DNA of 64,000 bases from an uncultured Prolixibacteraceae bacterium (GTDB lineage: Bacteria; Bacteroidota; Bacteroidia; Bacteroidales; Prolixibacteraceae). Made by a program: the position numbers and the translations under genes. Within the stretch, counting starts at the first letter, position 1. Each line of letters begins with the position of its first letter. Shown here one piece after another: positions 48,142 to 59,240 of the stretch. Location: contig CAZWBR010000013.1 of assembly GCA_964632305.1 (NCBI GenBank), forward strand, positions 483-64,482, in the 5' to 3' direction. A model generated the notes under the pieces. That model searched no databases and was not told where the DNA came from. It saw only the letters and a list, made by a program, of their open reading frames with translations.

Positions 48142-48210
48142 GTACTTTGTTCGTTCATTATACCTATGAAGTACGAACAAAGTACGAACAAACTACGAAC
48201 AAAGTCCGGA
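48142..48210 (+). repeat. Hairpin with three 11-nt-phased direct repeats, copy C
   Basis: GTACGAACAAA (48171-48181), GTACGAACAAA (48182-48192) and CTACGAACAAA (48193-48203). The arm GTACTTTGTTCG (48142-48153) is the exact complement of 48175-48186. Confidence 0.8.
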
Positions 48211-48297
48211 GTTGACCCCTGCAAGGGCTGTTGAAGAGACTGGTTGGTGGAGGGACCAAGGTGAGAATTAAATTGATTGGCTGACCGGGGAGAGTTT

Positions 48298-49377
48298 TTA
48301 TTCCTTAAGGGTGCAGCAGACCGGGAAGTGGTCGGAGTATTTAACCTTTTCGCGTTTGTAATTCACCGATTTGAATCGTTCGTCGTGAAAGATATAGTCG
48401 ATGCGGAGGGTGGGCAGGATTCCGTCGTAGCTGTTGGAAATCCCGGATCCCGATTCGACGAACGAATCTTTGAGCCCGCTCCTTACGGTCCGGTAGGTAT
48501 AGGAAACCGGGGTGTCGTTGAAATCTCCGCAGACAATGACCGGGTAGGGGCATTGGGCCATGTGTTCGGCCACTTTACGGGCTTGTTCGGCCCGGACCGA
48601 AAAGGCCCGTTTCAATTTTCCCCCCAACTCACGGGCTTCCCCTAATTGGCGCCGGCCCAGATCGGCATCCTGCGGATTGATGATCGAGTAGCGGCCCGGG
48701 ATGATGTTATACGATTGAAAATGGCAGTTGTAAACCCTTATGATTTTGTTCTCGCCGATCCTGAGGTCGGAGAAGAGCACCATATTGGAGCTTCGCTTGA
48801 ACCGGATCTCTCCCATGCTGACGATCGGATATTTGGAAAAGGTGACCGGTCCCGAGTAGGATGATCCATGGGCCAACTGGTAATGCTTGATTTGGGGAAG
48901 GGCATCCCTGATTTCCTTTGGATTTAACCGTCCTTTTGCCGAGATGCTCGCTTCCTGGAGGCAGATAATTTCGGCTCCTGTCTTTTTCAGGTAATTGATG
49001 ATGTCGATCTCTTCCGTTTTTTTCTTTCCCCTATCGTAACTGAAGTTATGGACGTTGTAGGTGAGGACCTTGATGCCTTCAGCCTGAGCTTCGCGGTCGG
49101 GAATGATCTGGATGAATCCGGACAAGTGGTTGTAGCCGATCAGGATGGCCACTACCGGGATCAACAGGAACTTCGAGCGGATCAGAATATAATAGACCAG
49201 GAAGACCAGGTTAAGCAGTAGGATATAGGGGTAGGCCAGGCCAAAGAAGGAGAGGGGCCAGAATTTGTCGGGCGGAGTAAACGGGGCTAGGTAAGCCAGC
49301 ATCAGTAATCCCGCGGACCCGGTTGCGAGAACCAAACCGAAGCGGCTAAAGAACTTTTTTATCCCTGTCGTTTTCAT
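48298..49377 (-). CDS. Endonuclease/exonuclease/phosphatase (EEP) family membrane protein
   Basis: 359-aa ORF with an N-terminal block of TM helices, then EEP motifs 'IICLQE' and 'SDHFPV'. A 4-nt overlap with the upstream rhomboid gene. Confidence 0.75.
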   Translation of the reverse strand: MKTTGIKKFFSRFGLVLATGSAGLLMLAYLAPFTPPDKFWPLSFFGLAYPYILLLNLVFLVYYILIRSKFLLIPVVAILIGYNHLSGFIQIIPDREAQAEGIKVLTYNVHNFSYDRGKKKTEEIDIINYLKKTGAEIICLQEASISAKGRLNPKEIRDALPQIKHYQLAHGSSYSGPVTFSKYPIVSMGEIRFKRSSNMVLFSDLRIGENKIIRVYNCHFQSYNIIPGRYSIINPQDADLGRRQLGEARELGGKLKRAFSVRAEQARKVAEHMAQCPYPVIVCGDFNDTPVSYTYRTVRSGLKDSFVESGSGISNSYDGILPTLRIDYIFHDERFKSVNYKREKVKYSDHFPVCCTLKE

Positions 49378-50255
49378 TTTTTACTGCCCATCTTAAACAA
49401 CATCTCCTTTTCGTCGGAGGTCAGGCTGTCGTAACCCGATTTGCTGATTTTGTCAAGAATACGGTTGACCTCTTCCTGTTGCCGGGTTTTGGACCGGTTG
49501 TAGTCATAATCGGGATTGGCCGAGTTGCTGTATTTTACTTTTAGATGTCTTCGGGGTCTTCTCCAGATGAAGAGCCGGTCGACGAATTGGTTGAACCCGG
49601 CCGAGATGTCATGTCCGGCCATCAGGCGCGACATGTAGATCCATCCCCATAAGGCCCCTCCCAGATGGGCGAAATTACCGCCGGCATTCTCGCCCGACAA
49701 TCCTACGATATAGATAAGAATCGATACGATGGAGATCCATTTGATTTTTACCGGTCCCAGGAATAAGAGATGGATCAGGTGGTTGGGCACATAGACCGAT
49801 ATCGCGATGACAATGGCAATCACCGAGGCCGAGGCCCCGAGTAATTGGGTATTTTCAACTGACTCCCGGAACAGCGGGAAGAAGTTATAGGCCAGCATAA
49901 AGAAGATCCCTCCCAGAAAGCCGCCCAGCAGGTAGAGGCTGAGTAATCGCTGAGGATTATGGTATTCAAGGAATATTTTGCCGAACCAATAGAGCCACAG
50001 TGAATTGAAGAGGATGTGGAAAAAATCGAAATGGAGGAACATATAGGTCACGATGGTCCAGGGTCTCGAAAGGAAGGTTTCGAAGGAAGCGGGCAGCGCT
50101 AACCAATTGAGGATGGACAATTCGTCGGAACCGCTGAGCTTATACCCCACGAAAATGATGCGGATCACCAGCCAGACTGCCACGTTGATGTGAATCAGTT
50201 TGGTGAGGTACGATCCGTTTTTAAACGAGAGCCTTATTTCGTCGACGATCCCCAT
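49374..50255 (-). CDS. Rhomboid family intramembrane serine protease
   Basis: 293-aa ORF with 'HFDFFHILFNS', 'GASASV' (catalytic Ser) and 'AHLGGAL' (catalytic His). Confidence 0.8.
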   Translation of the reverse strand: MGIVDEIRLSFKNGSYLTKLIHINVAVWLVIRIIFVGYKLSGSDELSILNWLALPASFETFLSRPWTIVTYMFLHFDFFHILFNSLWLYWFGKIFLEYHNPQRLLSLYLLGGFLGGIFFMLAYNFFPLFRESVENTQLLGASASVIAIVIAISVYVPNHLIHLLFLGPVKIKWISIVSILIYIVGLSGENAGGNFAHLGGALWGWIYMSRLMAGHDISAGFNQFVDRLFIWRRPRRHLKVKYSNSANPDYDYNRSKTRQQEEVNRILDKISKSGYDSLTSDEKEMLFKMGSKK

Positions 50256-50262
50256 GGTTTGC

Positions 50263-51081
50263 TTAATAGAAGTTTTTAGTGGTTTTATTCCAGTAACGGA
50301 TCAAGATAAATCCAAATATCATACCCCCGAGGTGGGCAAAGTGGGCCACATTGCTGTTCGACTGGGTAATGCCAAGGTATAGTTCGATCAAACCATAAGC
50401 GGTGACAAAGTATTTGGCTTTTATCGGAACGGGCGGGAATAGAAGCATCAATTCGGTATTGGGGAAAAGCATCCCGAAAGCCAGCAGGATTCCGAAAACC
50501 GCGCCCGAAGCCCCGACAGTGGGGATATTAATCCGTTCGGCAAAAACCCTTTGGACCAGTTCGGTCCCTTGCTGAATGTAGGTCGGGTTTTCCGGCGATT
50601 CGTACCAGGCATTGATAAAGTCGTTGACCCAGGTGGCCGGATGATTGATATTGGCTTTAATGAACGACGCCATCAGGTCGGGCGACGGGGTATTGACAAA
50701 AGCGGTGACTGTTTTTTCGAGCGATGAAATTTCGAGGTAATTGACAAAAAGGTGCAGGGAGGCTGCCCCCAGGCCGGTGACGAAATAATAGAACAGAAAA
50801 CGTTTGGGTCCCCACACCGTTTCCAGTATTTTCCCGAACATGTATAGTGCAAACATGTTGAACAGCAGGTGGGTAAAGCCTCCGTGCATAAAGAGATGGG
50901 TGACCAGTTGATAAGGCCTGAAGTTTGGCGATCCGGGATAATAGAGCCCGAGGGTGGCGGTCAGGTCAATCCCGACACTTTTCAAGGACCAGGTTGCGAT
51001 CAGCATGACTATGTTGATCATGATCAGGTTTTTCACAACCGGAGGCATCGAGAATGGTGAAGTGGGTCGATATTGTATCAT
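50263..51081 (-). CDS. Rhomboid family intramembrane serine protease
   Basis: 272-aa ORF with 'HGGFTHLLFNM', 'GASGAVFG' and 'AHLGGMI'. Confidence 0.8.
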   Translation of the reverse strand: MIQYRPTSPFSMPPVVKNLIMINIVMLIATWSLKSVGIDLTATLGLYYPGSPNFRPYQLVTHLFMHGGFTHLLFNMFALYMFGKILETVWGPKRFLFYYFVTGLGAASLHLFVNYLEISSLEKTVTAFVNTPSPDLMASFIKANINHPATWVNDFINAWYESPENPTYIQQGTELVQRVFAERINIPTVGASGAVFGILLAFGMLFPNTELMLLFPPVPIKAKYFVTAYGLIELYLGITQSNSNVAHFAHLGGMIFGFILIRYWNKTTKNFY

Positions 51082-51135
51082 AGTAATTATTCTAATGACT
51101 GTTTACAAAAATAGGGATAATGCAGATATTCCCCA

Positions 51136-53004
51136 CTATTTTAAGAGTTTTTCAAAATCCTGCAATGCAACAATTGAAACAATTTTTTTCCCGGAAGGGG
51201 AGAAGTTGGGGGTTTGGCAGGCGAACAGATTGTTGAATAGCGCCGTAATCTCATCCGGTTTTAACGAGGTCCCGTAATCAATGGCGGAAGTCTGGGCAAG
51301 GATGATGGCCAACCCCTCTTTCATTTCGTCCAACGCATCGATGGGGCGGCTCTTGAAAGCCTCCAGCGTTTTCTCGACCAGTTGTCGCGCATCGAGATGG
51401 CTTAACGAGCCGGGGATGCCATCGATGAAGAAGGTTCCGTTGTTGCCCTGCCTGATCTCGAACCCAAAGGCTTTGAGTTCGCTGCTCATGGCCTTCAGTA
51501 TTTCAGCATCGGCTGCATTCAGCTCTATCTGTTCGGGGAAGAGCATTCGCTGACTGATCGAAATATTTGAATCGATCACCTGCATGAAATGTTCGAAAAG
51601 GATGCGCTCATGGGCCCGACGCTGGTCGATGACCATTAATCCCGATTTTACGGGAGTGATAATGTATTTGTTTTTTAGCTGAAGGAAATTAGACTGGCAA
51701 CTGTCCGGTTTTCCTTCGTGGGAGATAGTTTGCTGAATAGCTTCTTCCTCTTCCTCCTCTTCGGAGAAGAAATTATCGGAAGCGGGGTAGGATTGATGGT
51801 CGGAGGTCCGTTCGAAATCGTTGTAGAGACTCTCCCAATTGTTCAGATTGTCTTTTTCCCGGGGAGAAGAGGTCACCGGAGGGTAATGGACGGAGTCGAA
51901 AGGGTTATAATGGGGGTTGATCCGGATTTCAGGTTCCGGGACGCGGGTTCCCCAATCAGGGGCCAGCGGTATATTTATCGCGCCCTGCTGATCGAAATCG
52001 ATGGAAGGCATCAGGTTAAATTTCCCGATCGATTCCCTCAGGCAGGCGAAGATAATTTGCCAGGCCGCCCGTTCGTCTTCAAACTTAATCTCCGTCTTGG
52101 TGGGATGGATGTTGATGTCGATGGTTGAGGGATCAACGTCGAAATAGAGGAAATAGGAGGGGAAGGTTTCCGGTGGCAGGATCCGTTCGTAAGCCTGGAG
52201 AACTGCTTTATGAAAGAAGGGATGTTTCATAAACCTTCCGTTCACAAAGAAGAATTGTTCGCCAAGGGTCTTACGGGCATATTTGGGTTGTCCGATAAAA
52301 CCGGATATTTTGATCACGGAGGTTTCCGTATCGACCGGGATTAAGCTTTGATTGATGCCCTTTCCAAAGAGGCTGACAATCCGTTTCCTCCGGTTTTCGG
52401 AAGGTAATTCGTAAATAGCAGAGCCGTTATGGTAAAGCGACAGGGCGAGTTCGGGATTAGCCAGGGCTACCCGCTGGATCTCAGTAATGATATGTTTCAG
52501 CTCGGTGCTGTTCGATTTCAGAAATTTCCGGCGTGCCGGGACGTTAAAGAAAAGGTTTTTTACCTGGAAGTTGGTCCCTTCAGGGCAACTGTCCTCCATC
52601 TGTTTTTGTAAGGAAGAACCCAGTATATGGATATAGGTTCCCAGCTCCTCGCCTTTTTTGCGGGTCCTCAGTTCCACATCGGCTACCGCGGCAATCGATG
52701 CGAGCGCTTCGCCCCGGAAGCCCATTGTCCGGATGGCAAAAAGGTCGGAGGCTTCGCGGATCTTTGAGGTGGCATGGCGTTCGAACGACATACGCGCATC
52801 GGTGGGAGACATGCCAATGCCATTATCGATAATCTGAACCAGTGTTCGCCCCGAATCTTTCAGGTTGACAGTGACCGAGGTGGCCCCGGCATCAATGGCA
52901 TTTTCAACAAGCTCTTTAACAATCGAGGCAGGCCGCTGGATCACTTCGCCGGCTGCAATCTGATTGGCTACTGAATCGGGTAATAGCTGGATAATATCCG
53001 CCAC
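51136..53004 (-). CDS. mutL: DNA mismatch repair endonuclease MutL
   Basis: A GTG start at 53004 gives the canonical N-terminus (M)ADIIQLLPDSVANQIAAGEVIQRP. GHKL ATPase motifs are present. The C-terminal endonuclease motif is 'DQRRAHERILFE'. The 74 upstream track codons are not MutL-like. Confidence 0.92.
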   Translation of the reverse strand: MADIIQLLPDSVANQIAAGEVIQRPASIVKELVENAIDAGATSVTVNLKDSGRTLVQIIDNGIGMSPTDARMSFERHATSKIREASDLFAIRTMGFRGEALASIAAVADVELRTRKKGEELGTYIHILGSSLQKQMEDSCPEGTNFQVKNLFFNVPARRKFLKSNSTELKHIITEIQRVALANPELALSLYHNGSAIYELPSENRRKRIVSLFGKGINQSLIPVDTETSVIKISGFIGQPKYARKTLGEQFFFVNGRFMKHPFFHKAVLQAYERILPPETFPSYFLYFDVDPSTIDINIHPTKTEIKFEDERAAWQIIFACLRESIGKFNLMPSIDFDQQGAINIPLAPDWGTRVPEPEIRINPHYNPFDSVHYPPVTSSPREKDNLNNWESLYNDFERTSDHQSYPASDNFFSEEEEEEEAIQQTISHEGKPDSCQSNFLQLKNKYIITPVKSGLMVIDQRRAHERILFEHFMQVIDSNISISQRMLFPEQIELNAADAEILKAMSSELKAFGFEIRQGNNGTFFIDGIPGSLSHLDARQLVEKTLEAFKSRPIDALDEMKEGLAIILAQTSAIDYGTSLKPDEITALFNNLFACQTPNFSPSGKKIVSIVALQDFEKLLK

Positions 53005-53020
53005 GTTCTGTAAGGATTGG

Positions 53021-53317
53021 TTATCGTAAAAATAGGTAGGCCAGCATAGCCAGGATGAAGACCCATAACAACACCTTGACGGTCCTGTTGTTTTTAAGGC
53101 TCTCATGCATAGCCCCTGAACCGCGGTGCCCCCTGAACGATCCCTTGATCGTAGACCGGTAATCACCCAGGGTTCTGATCCCTCGTTCCTCGTCAATTTC
53201 TTTTCGGATGCGAGCTTCGCGCGCATCTCTCTTTTCCTGTTCGGGATCGTAAAACCGGTAGGGAATATTGAATTGCCGCTGCGGTTTCTTCAGATATTTA
53301 AAAAAGGTGAGTGCCAT
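53021..53317 (-). CDS. Small hypothetical protein with C-terminal TM helix
   Basis: 98-aa ORF, basic N-terminal part plus one C-terminal hydrophobic helix. It ends 16 nt upstream of the mutL start. Confidence 0.4.
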   Translation of the reverse strand: MALTFFKYLKKPQRQFNIPYRFYDPEQEKRDAREARIRKEIDEERGIRTLGDYRSTIKGSFRGHRGSGAMHESLKNNRTVKVLLWVFILAMLAYLFLR

Positions 53318-53531
53318 CTCTTTTCTTTTCTTGATTGGTTACAAATATAAGGGTTATTTTTTCGCCTTCTTAATTCATATTGCCAAATTCCGAGCCATAT
53401 CCTGTTTTTTGTTTTGCTTTCTCCTTCTCATAAAGATTGTTATGCCGGAAATTGATTGAAGTTTTACTTTATGTCAGAGAAAAAACTTATCTTTAAAGGA
53501 TGAACTGAAAAATCCTGTCCTGACTTTTGCC

Positions 53532-55067
53532 ATGCTTGTAAAAACCTACGGAAGCGCTGTTCATGGGATCGATGCGACCACCATAATAATCGAGACGGAT
53601 GTTTCGAGGGGAATCAGGTATAATATGGTCGGTTTGCCCGACAACGCGGTACGAGAAAGTCAGCAGCGTATCGATTCGGCCTTACGTTTCAACAACTACA
53701 AGCTCCCCGGCAAAAAGATCGTGATTAATATGGCGCCTGCCGATATTCGGAAAGAAGGGTCGGCCTATGATCTGCCTATCGCGATGGGCATCCTGGCCGC
53801 TTCGGAACAGATTTACGCGCCCGAGATCCACCGTTATGTCATGATGGGAGAACTGTCGCTCGACGGGGGTCTCCAGCCGGTAAAAGGGGTCTTACCCATA
53901 GCCGTCCGTGCAAGGGAAGAGGGGTTCGAAGGATTTATCGTTCCGAAGCAGAATGCCAGGGAGGCCGCCGTGGTCGATCGTTTAAAGATATATGGCGTTG
54001 AAAACATCAAAGAGGTTATCGATTTTTTTACTGGTCAGAGATCGATAGAACAGACCATTGTCGATACCCGTCAGGAGTTTAATGCAAAGGTCAATACGTT
54101 CGATATTGATTTCTCGGATGTAAAGGGACAGGAAAATGTCAAACGGGCTCTTGAGATTGCCGCGGCAGGCTCCCATAACCTGATCATGATCGGTCCCCCG
54201 GGCGCCGGTAAAACGATGCTGGCAAAAAGAATTCCCACGATCCTTCCCCCGTTTACACTGCGGGAGGCATTGGAAACGACAAAGATCCATTCCGTAGCCG
54301 GGAAGATCGAACGGGATACCTCACTGATGGTCAGACGTCCGTTCCGAAGTCCGCACCATACTATTTCGGATGTTGCCCTTGTAGGCGGGGGGACCTTCCC
54401 CCAACCCGGGGAGATATCGCTGGCTCATAACGGCGTTCTGTTCCTGGATGAATTGCCGGAATTTAAGCGTGCGGTTCTGGAAGTGATGCGGCAACCGCTG
54501 GAGGATCGACAGATCACGGTTTCACGGGCTAAGTTTTCAGTCGAATATCCTGCCAGCTTTATGTTGGTGGCCTCGATGAATCCCTGCCCCTGCGGGTTTT
54601 ACAACCACCCGACCAAACAGTGTGTCTGTGCCCCCGGGATGGTCCAGAAATACCTGAACCGCATCTCAGGGCCTCTGCTCGACCGGATTGATATTCACCT
54701 GGAGGTGGTCCCGGTCCCCTTTAATAAACTGGCTGAGATGAAGCCTGGTGAAACGAGTTCCGCGATACGGGAAAGGGTCATCAAAGCCCGCGATATACAG
54801 CGTGAACGGTTTGCCGATAGCGGCATCTATGCCAATGCGCAGATGAGTTCCCGAATGCTCAGGAAATACTGTAACCCGGATGAGGCTGGCCATGCCATCC
54901 TGAAAAACGCCATGGAGAAGCTGGGACTATCGGCACGGGCTTATGACCGGATATTAAAGGTGGCCCGAACGATCGCCGATCTCGAAGGGGCTGAATCAAT
55001 CCTGGCTTCCCACTTGGGAGAGGCTATTCAATACCGCAGTCTCGACAGGGAAGGATGGGGGGCTTGA
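53532..55067 (+). CDS. YifB/ComM family Mg-chelatase-like AAA+ ATPase
   Basis: 511-aa ORF with an N-terminal Lon-like domain, Walker A 'GPPGAGKT', 'LFLDELPEF' and a C-terminal ChlI-like region. Confidence 0.9.
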   Translation: MLVKTYGSAVHGIDATTIIIETDVSRGIRYNMVGLPDNAVRESQQRIDSALRFNNYKLPGKKIVINMAPADIRKEGSAYDLPIAMGILAASEQIYAPEIHRYVMMGELSLDGGLQPVKGVLPIAVRAREEGFEGFIVPKQNAREAAVVDRLKIYGVENIKEVIDFFTGQRSIEQTIVDTRQEFNAKVNTFDIDFSDVKGQENVKRALEIAAAGSHNLIMIGPPGAGKTMLAKRIPTILPPFTLREALETTKIHSVAGKIERDTSLMVRRPFRSPHHTISDVALVGGGTFPQPGEISLAHNGVLFLDELPEFKRAVLEVMRQPLEDRQITVSRAKFSVEYPASFMLVASMNPCPCGFYNHPTKQCVCAPGMVQKYLNRISGPLLDRIDIHLEVVPVPFNKLAEMKPGETSSAIRERVIKARDIQRERFADSGIYANAQMSSRMLRKYCNPDEAGHAILKNAMEKLGLSARAYDRILKVARTIADLEGAESILASHLGEAIQYRSLDREGWGA

Positions 55068-55610
55068 GGTTGTTGGGCTGGTGATACTATTTCGGAAGTG
55101 ATAGCTATTTTTTATTGTGATGCGATGGTTTATAGTAACTTATAGCGTTTTATATCAAAGGCTAAATAAACTTTTAAAACCGGATTTTTAGTCGTGCAGC
55201 ATTAATAAAAACTTAATTGAGGCGGTTGAAATTGTTGGTTTTTATGTAATATTGTAAGGCTAATGATAACCTGCTTGTTCTTTGTGATGATGAAAAAAAT
55301 GAATTGAGTCAAAGATTATCCCACACATGTTTTTTTGAGAAGGCTTTACAGAGAGATGTTTATTCAAAGAAGCTATTCTTTGATAAGAATAGCTATTGAT
55401 ACAATCTCCGCAATGTTTTAAGTTAATTGGTTCAATGGCAATCCGGTTTTTTGGCAATTTGATCATGAACTTCAAGGATTAAAGAGATCCGTGATCCGGT
55501 TTAATAATTTTGGAAGTATCTGTCTGTCTGAAGGAAAGAATTGCTCTTCGGTTTTTGGTGCAGGAATATTGAGGATTCTATTTTGTAGTATAAATAAAAC
55601 TTAATGACTT

Positions 55611-56786
55611 ATGAAGAAAACGTTTACTCTTTCTTTTGCAGTTTTTTTGGTTGCATCACTCGTGTCGTGCAGCTCAAACCCAACTCCTCCGCCCGCACAA
55701 GCGGAGGTTAAAAAAACGCTTGTCCCAACCGTGACCATTCCCGCGCCCGCCGGATCGAAAGGATTTGGTATGCCTCAAACTCCTGTGGCAGGACAAGCCG
55801 CACCAGCCCCCGCCCCCAGAAGAGCGGGAGGTGCCAGTGTGACCGAAGAGCGGGAAATCAAGACCATGCCTATTGATTCGATGAGCATGAGTGATCCGTA
55901 TATCCTTGCTGATGAGGCGACGAAAACCTATTTCATGACCGGCAGCGGCGGCGGTATTTATAAAAGTACTGACCTGAAAAACTGGACTGGGCCTTACGGC
56001 GCTTACGATACCCGAGGAACCTGGATGGAAGGGATCAATTTTGTGGCTGCCGCTGAAATCCATAAGGTTAATGGCAAATACTATTATGCGGCTTCTTTTG
56101 GCGACCGCAATGAATTAGTTGATGTTGTTCCCCGCCGGTACAATATTTACCGTCATCAAACCATGATACTGGAATCGGACAAGCCGGATGGACCTTTCAA
56201 ACTGGCCAATACTGATCCTAACTACGACTATCTTCCGCATCACATGGATATTATCGACGGATCGATCTGGTATGAAGACGGGATCCCCTATTTCGTTTTT
56301 GTTAATGAATGGATGCAAACCGTTGATGGAACGATGGAATATGTGAAGCTTTCACCCGATTTGAGCAAAACCATTAGCGATCGTACCTTGCTTTTCCATG
56401 CCAGCGAAGCTCCCTGGGCTCTCGAAATGGTCGGGAACCAGGAGATGACTTATGGCTTGAAGCTTAACGGTTGGGTAACCGACGGGCCTGAGCTTTTCAG
56501 AACCAAAACCGGTAAGTTGGGGATGTTATGGTCAAGCTGGGGCGTAGGCCGCTATAATCAGGGGGTATGTTACTCAGAGTCCGGTACCATTGACGGGCCT
56601 TGGATTCAGGAGGAAAAGCCTTTTGTTGGGGATAACTCCGGACACGGAATGTTGTTTACCACCTTTGACGGGAAACGACTGCTCGTCATTCATCATGCCG
56701 AAGGTGACGGACCTCGCAAACCACGTTATTATGAAATCGATGATTCAGGCGATAAACTGGTTCTTGGACCAAGATATAATCCCTGA
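55611..56786 (+). CDS. Glycoside hydrolase family 43-like lipoprotein
   Basis: 391-aa ORF with a lipobox (LVSC), a P/A-rich linker and five-bladed-propeller-like motifs 'SDPYIL', 'IDGSIWYEDG' and 'TDGPELF'. Confidence 0.7.
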   Translation: MKKTFTLSFAVFLVASLVSCSSNPTPPPAQAEVKKTLVPTVTIPAPAGSKGFGMPQTPVAGQAAPAPAPRRAGGASVTEEREIKTMPIDSMSMSDPYILADEATKTYFMTGSGGGIYKSTDLKNWTGPYGAYDTRGTWMEGINFVAAAEIHKVNGKYYYAASFGDRNELVDVVPRRYNIYRHQTMILESDKPDGPFKLANTDPNYDYLPHHMDIIDGSIWYEDGIPYFVFVNEWMQTVDGTMEYVKLSPDLSKTISDRTLLFHASEAPWALEMVGNQEMTYGLKLNGWVTDGPELFRTKTGKLGMLWSSWGVGRYNQGVCYSESGTIDGPWIQEEKPFVGDNSGHGMLFTTFDGKRLLVIHHAEGDGPRKPRYYEIDDSGDKLVLGPRYNP

Positions 56787-56794
56787 TTAGTTAG

Positions 56795-58030
<1,236 letters not shown>

Positions 58031-58053
58031 AAAAGCTATATATTGCTTTTCGT

Positions 58054-58087
58054 GAATCCCTGCACAAAAAATGCAGGGATTCTTTTT
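58054..58087 (+). terminator. Intrinsic terminator after the esterase gene
   Basis: GAATCCCTGCA (58054-58064) pairs perfectly with TGCAGGGATTC (58072-58082), followed by TTTTT. Confidence 0.75.
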
Positions 58088-58451
58088 GGCATGTCCTTAA
58101 CAATGTTTCAGGTATTCTCTAAAAATTGATTTAATCAGGGTAATGCGGTCATATCCAAAGTATGTGCCCTGAATATATTAATGCGTTCCGAAAACAAATT
58201 ATGGCTAAAGATTCGGACTTTTTGAATTTTGAGCCTGATACGAAATGCTATAATTTAAAAAATGATTATTGAGTCTTATATAGCGATCGTGTTTTTATCG
58301 ATATTTGCAGCCGTAACCGAAAAAGAATTGCTTTAGCCTGGTTCTATCATAGATGTCGGTCGGCGATTGATCTGATTCGAAATGAAGAACCACCGGTCGG
58401 GATGAAGTAATTTGATTGTAAAAATCTTTAACTTGCATAAAAACAATTAAC

Positions 58452-59126
58452 ATGACAGATAAATTTTCCGATCCTATTGGCCGATTAATGGGACTTCGAT
58501 ATAAATCGCACCCGTGGCATGGTGTATTTATTGGCCATCAGGCGCCTGAAAAAGTGACGGCTTTTATCGAAGTGGTTCCCACCGATACCGTCAAATACGA
58601 AGTGGATAAAGATACCGGCTACCTGAAAATCGACCGGCCGCAACAGTATTCCAATGTTGTTCCGGCGCTCTACGGATTTATCCCTCAAACTTACTGCGGG
58701 AAGAAAGTGGGCGAATATTGTATGGATAAAACCGGTAGGACCAGCATTAAAGGTGATGGTGACCCCATTGATATTGTTGTCCTTACCGAGAAAACCATTC
58801 ACCACGGCGACCTTTTGGTTACGGCCAAACCGATTGGCGGATTGCGCATGATCGATGGCAACGAGGCTGACGATAAGATTATTGCCGTGTTGAACAATGA
58901 TTTCGTTTACGGCGATTTCACCTCCTTAAAGGATGTCCCAGAAACGATTATTACCCGTTTGCGCCATTATTTCCTGACCTATAAAGATATACCTGGTGAG
59001 GCAAGGCATACCGTGATTGAAGCCGTCTACGATCGCGAAGAGGCATTAGAAGTGATTAACGCTTCAATTGAGGATTACACCAACCGTTTCGACAATCTGG
59101 GCAAGATGCTCCTGCTCGATGACTGA
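58452..59126 (+). CDS. ppa: Inorganic diphosphatase (family I)
   Basis: 224-aa ORF with 'YEVDKDTG' and the signature 'GDGDPIDIVVL'. Confidence 0.85.
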   Translation: MTDKFSDPIGRLMGLRYKSHPWHGVFIGHQAPEKVTAFIEVVPTDTVKYEVDKDTGYLKIDRPQQYSNVVPALYGFIPQTYCGKKVGEYCMDKTGRTSIKGDGDPIDIVVLTEKTIHHGDLLVTAKPIGGLRMIDGNEADDKIIAVLNNDFVYGDFTSLKDVPETIITRLRHYFLTYKDIPGEARHTVIEAVYDREEALEVINASIEDYTNRFDNLGKMLLLDD

Positions 59127-59151
59127 GAAATGTTGAGTATTCCAAATAAAA

Positions 59152-59201
59152 AGAGATCGGGTGATTCGTATAGATTTATAGAATCACCCGATCTCTTTTT
59201 A
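59152..59201. terminator. Bidirectional terminator between ppa (+) and folA (-)
   Basis: A 16-bp perfect stem AGAGATCGGGTGATTC / GAATCACCCGATCTCT with A-run and T-run flanks, between convergent genes. Confidence 0.7.
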
Positions 59202-59240
59202 TTTGTTTATTTCCTGCCGCTTGAATGATCCGGTTCTTAT

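Noticed and set aside
24501-48210. The inverted copies C and D of the triple-repeat hairpin could be the terminal inverted repeats of a 23.7-kb composite transposon or integrative element.
   Set aside because: The interval holds core housekeeping genes (greA, ruvC, dapL, lysA, rimM, rpsP, dnaE, trxA). It contains no transposase, integrase or conjugation gene. Other family members (A and B) lie elsewhere in different orientations. A dispersed small repeat is the simpler explanation.
53005-53226. N-terminal extensions in the ORF track: mutL (74 codons), thyA (60639..60797), the nucleoside transporter (62230..62304), rmuC (17702..17746), dnaE (43913..43939) and PorP/SprF (32752..32892).
   Set aside because: In each case an internal start reproduces the canonical family N-terminus or signal peptide. 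The extension also overlaps an upstream gene, a terminator or a spacer.
55260-55475. A 71-aa minus-strand ORF in the AT-rich 543-bp spacer upstream of the GH43 gene.
   Set aside because: It has no motif, unusual composition and no supporting signals. The spacer more likely holds the promoter or regulatory region for the GH43-esterase pair.
58262-58336. A 24-codon hydrophobic mini-ORF (MIIESYIAIVFLSIFAAVTEKELL) upstream of ppa could be a type I toxin or a leader peptide.
   Set aside because: There is no recognisable ribosome-binding context, antisense RNA structure or repeat. ORFs of this size are expected by chance in a 360-bp spacer.
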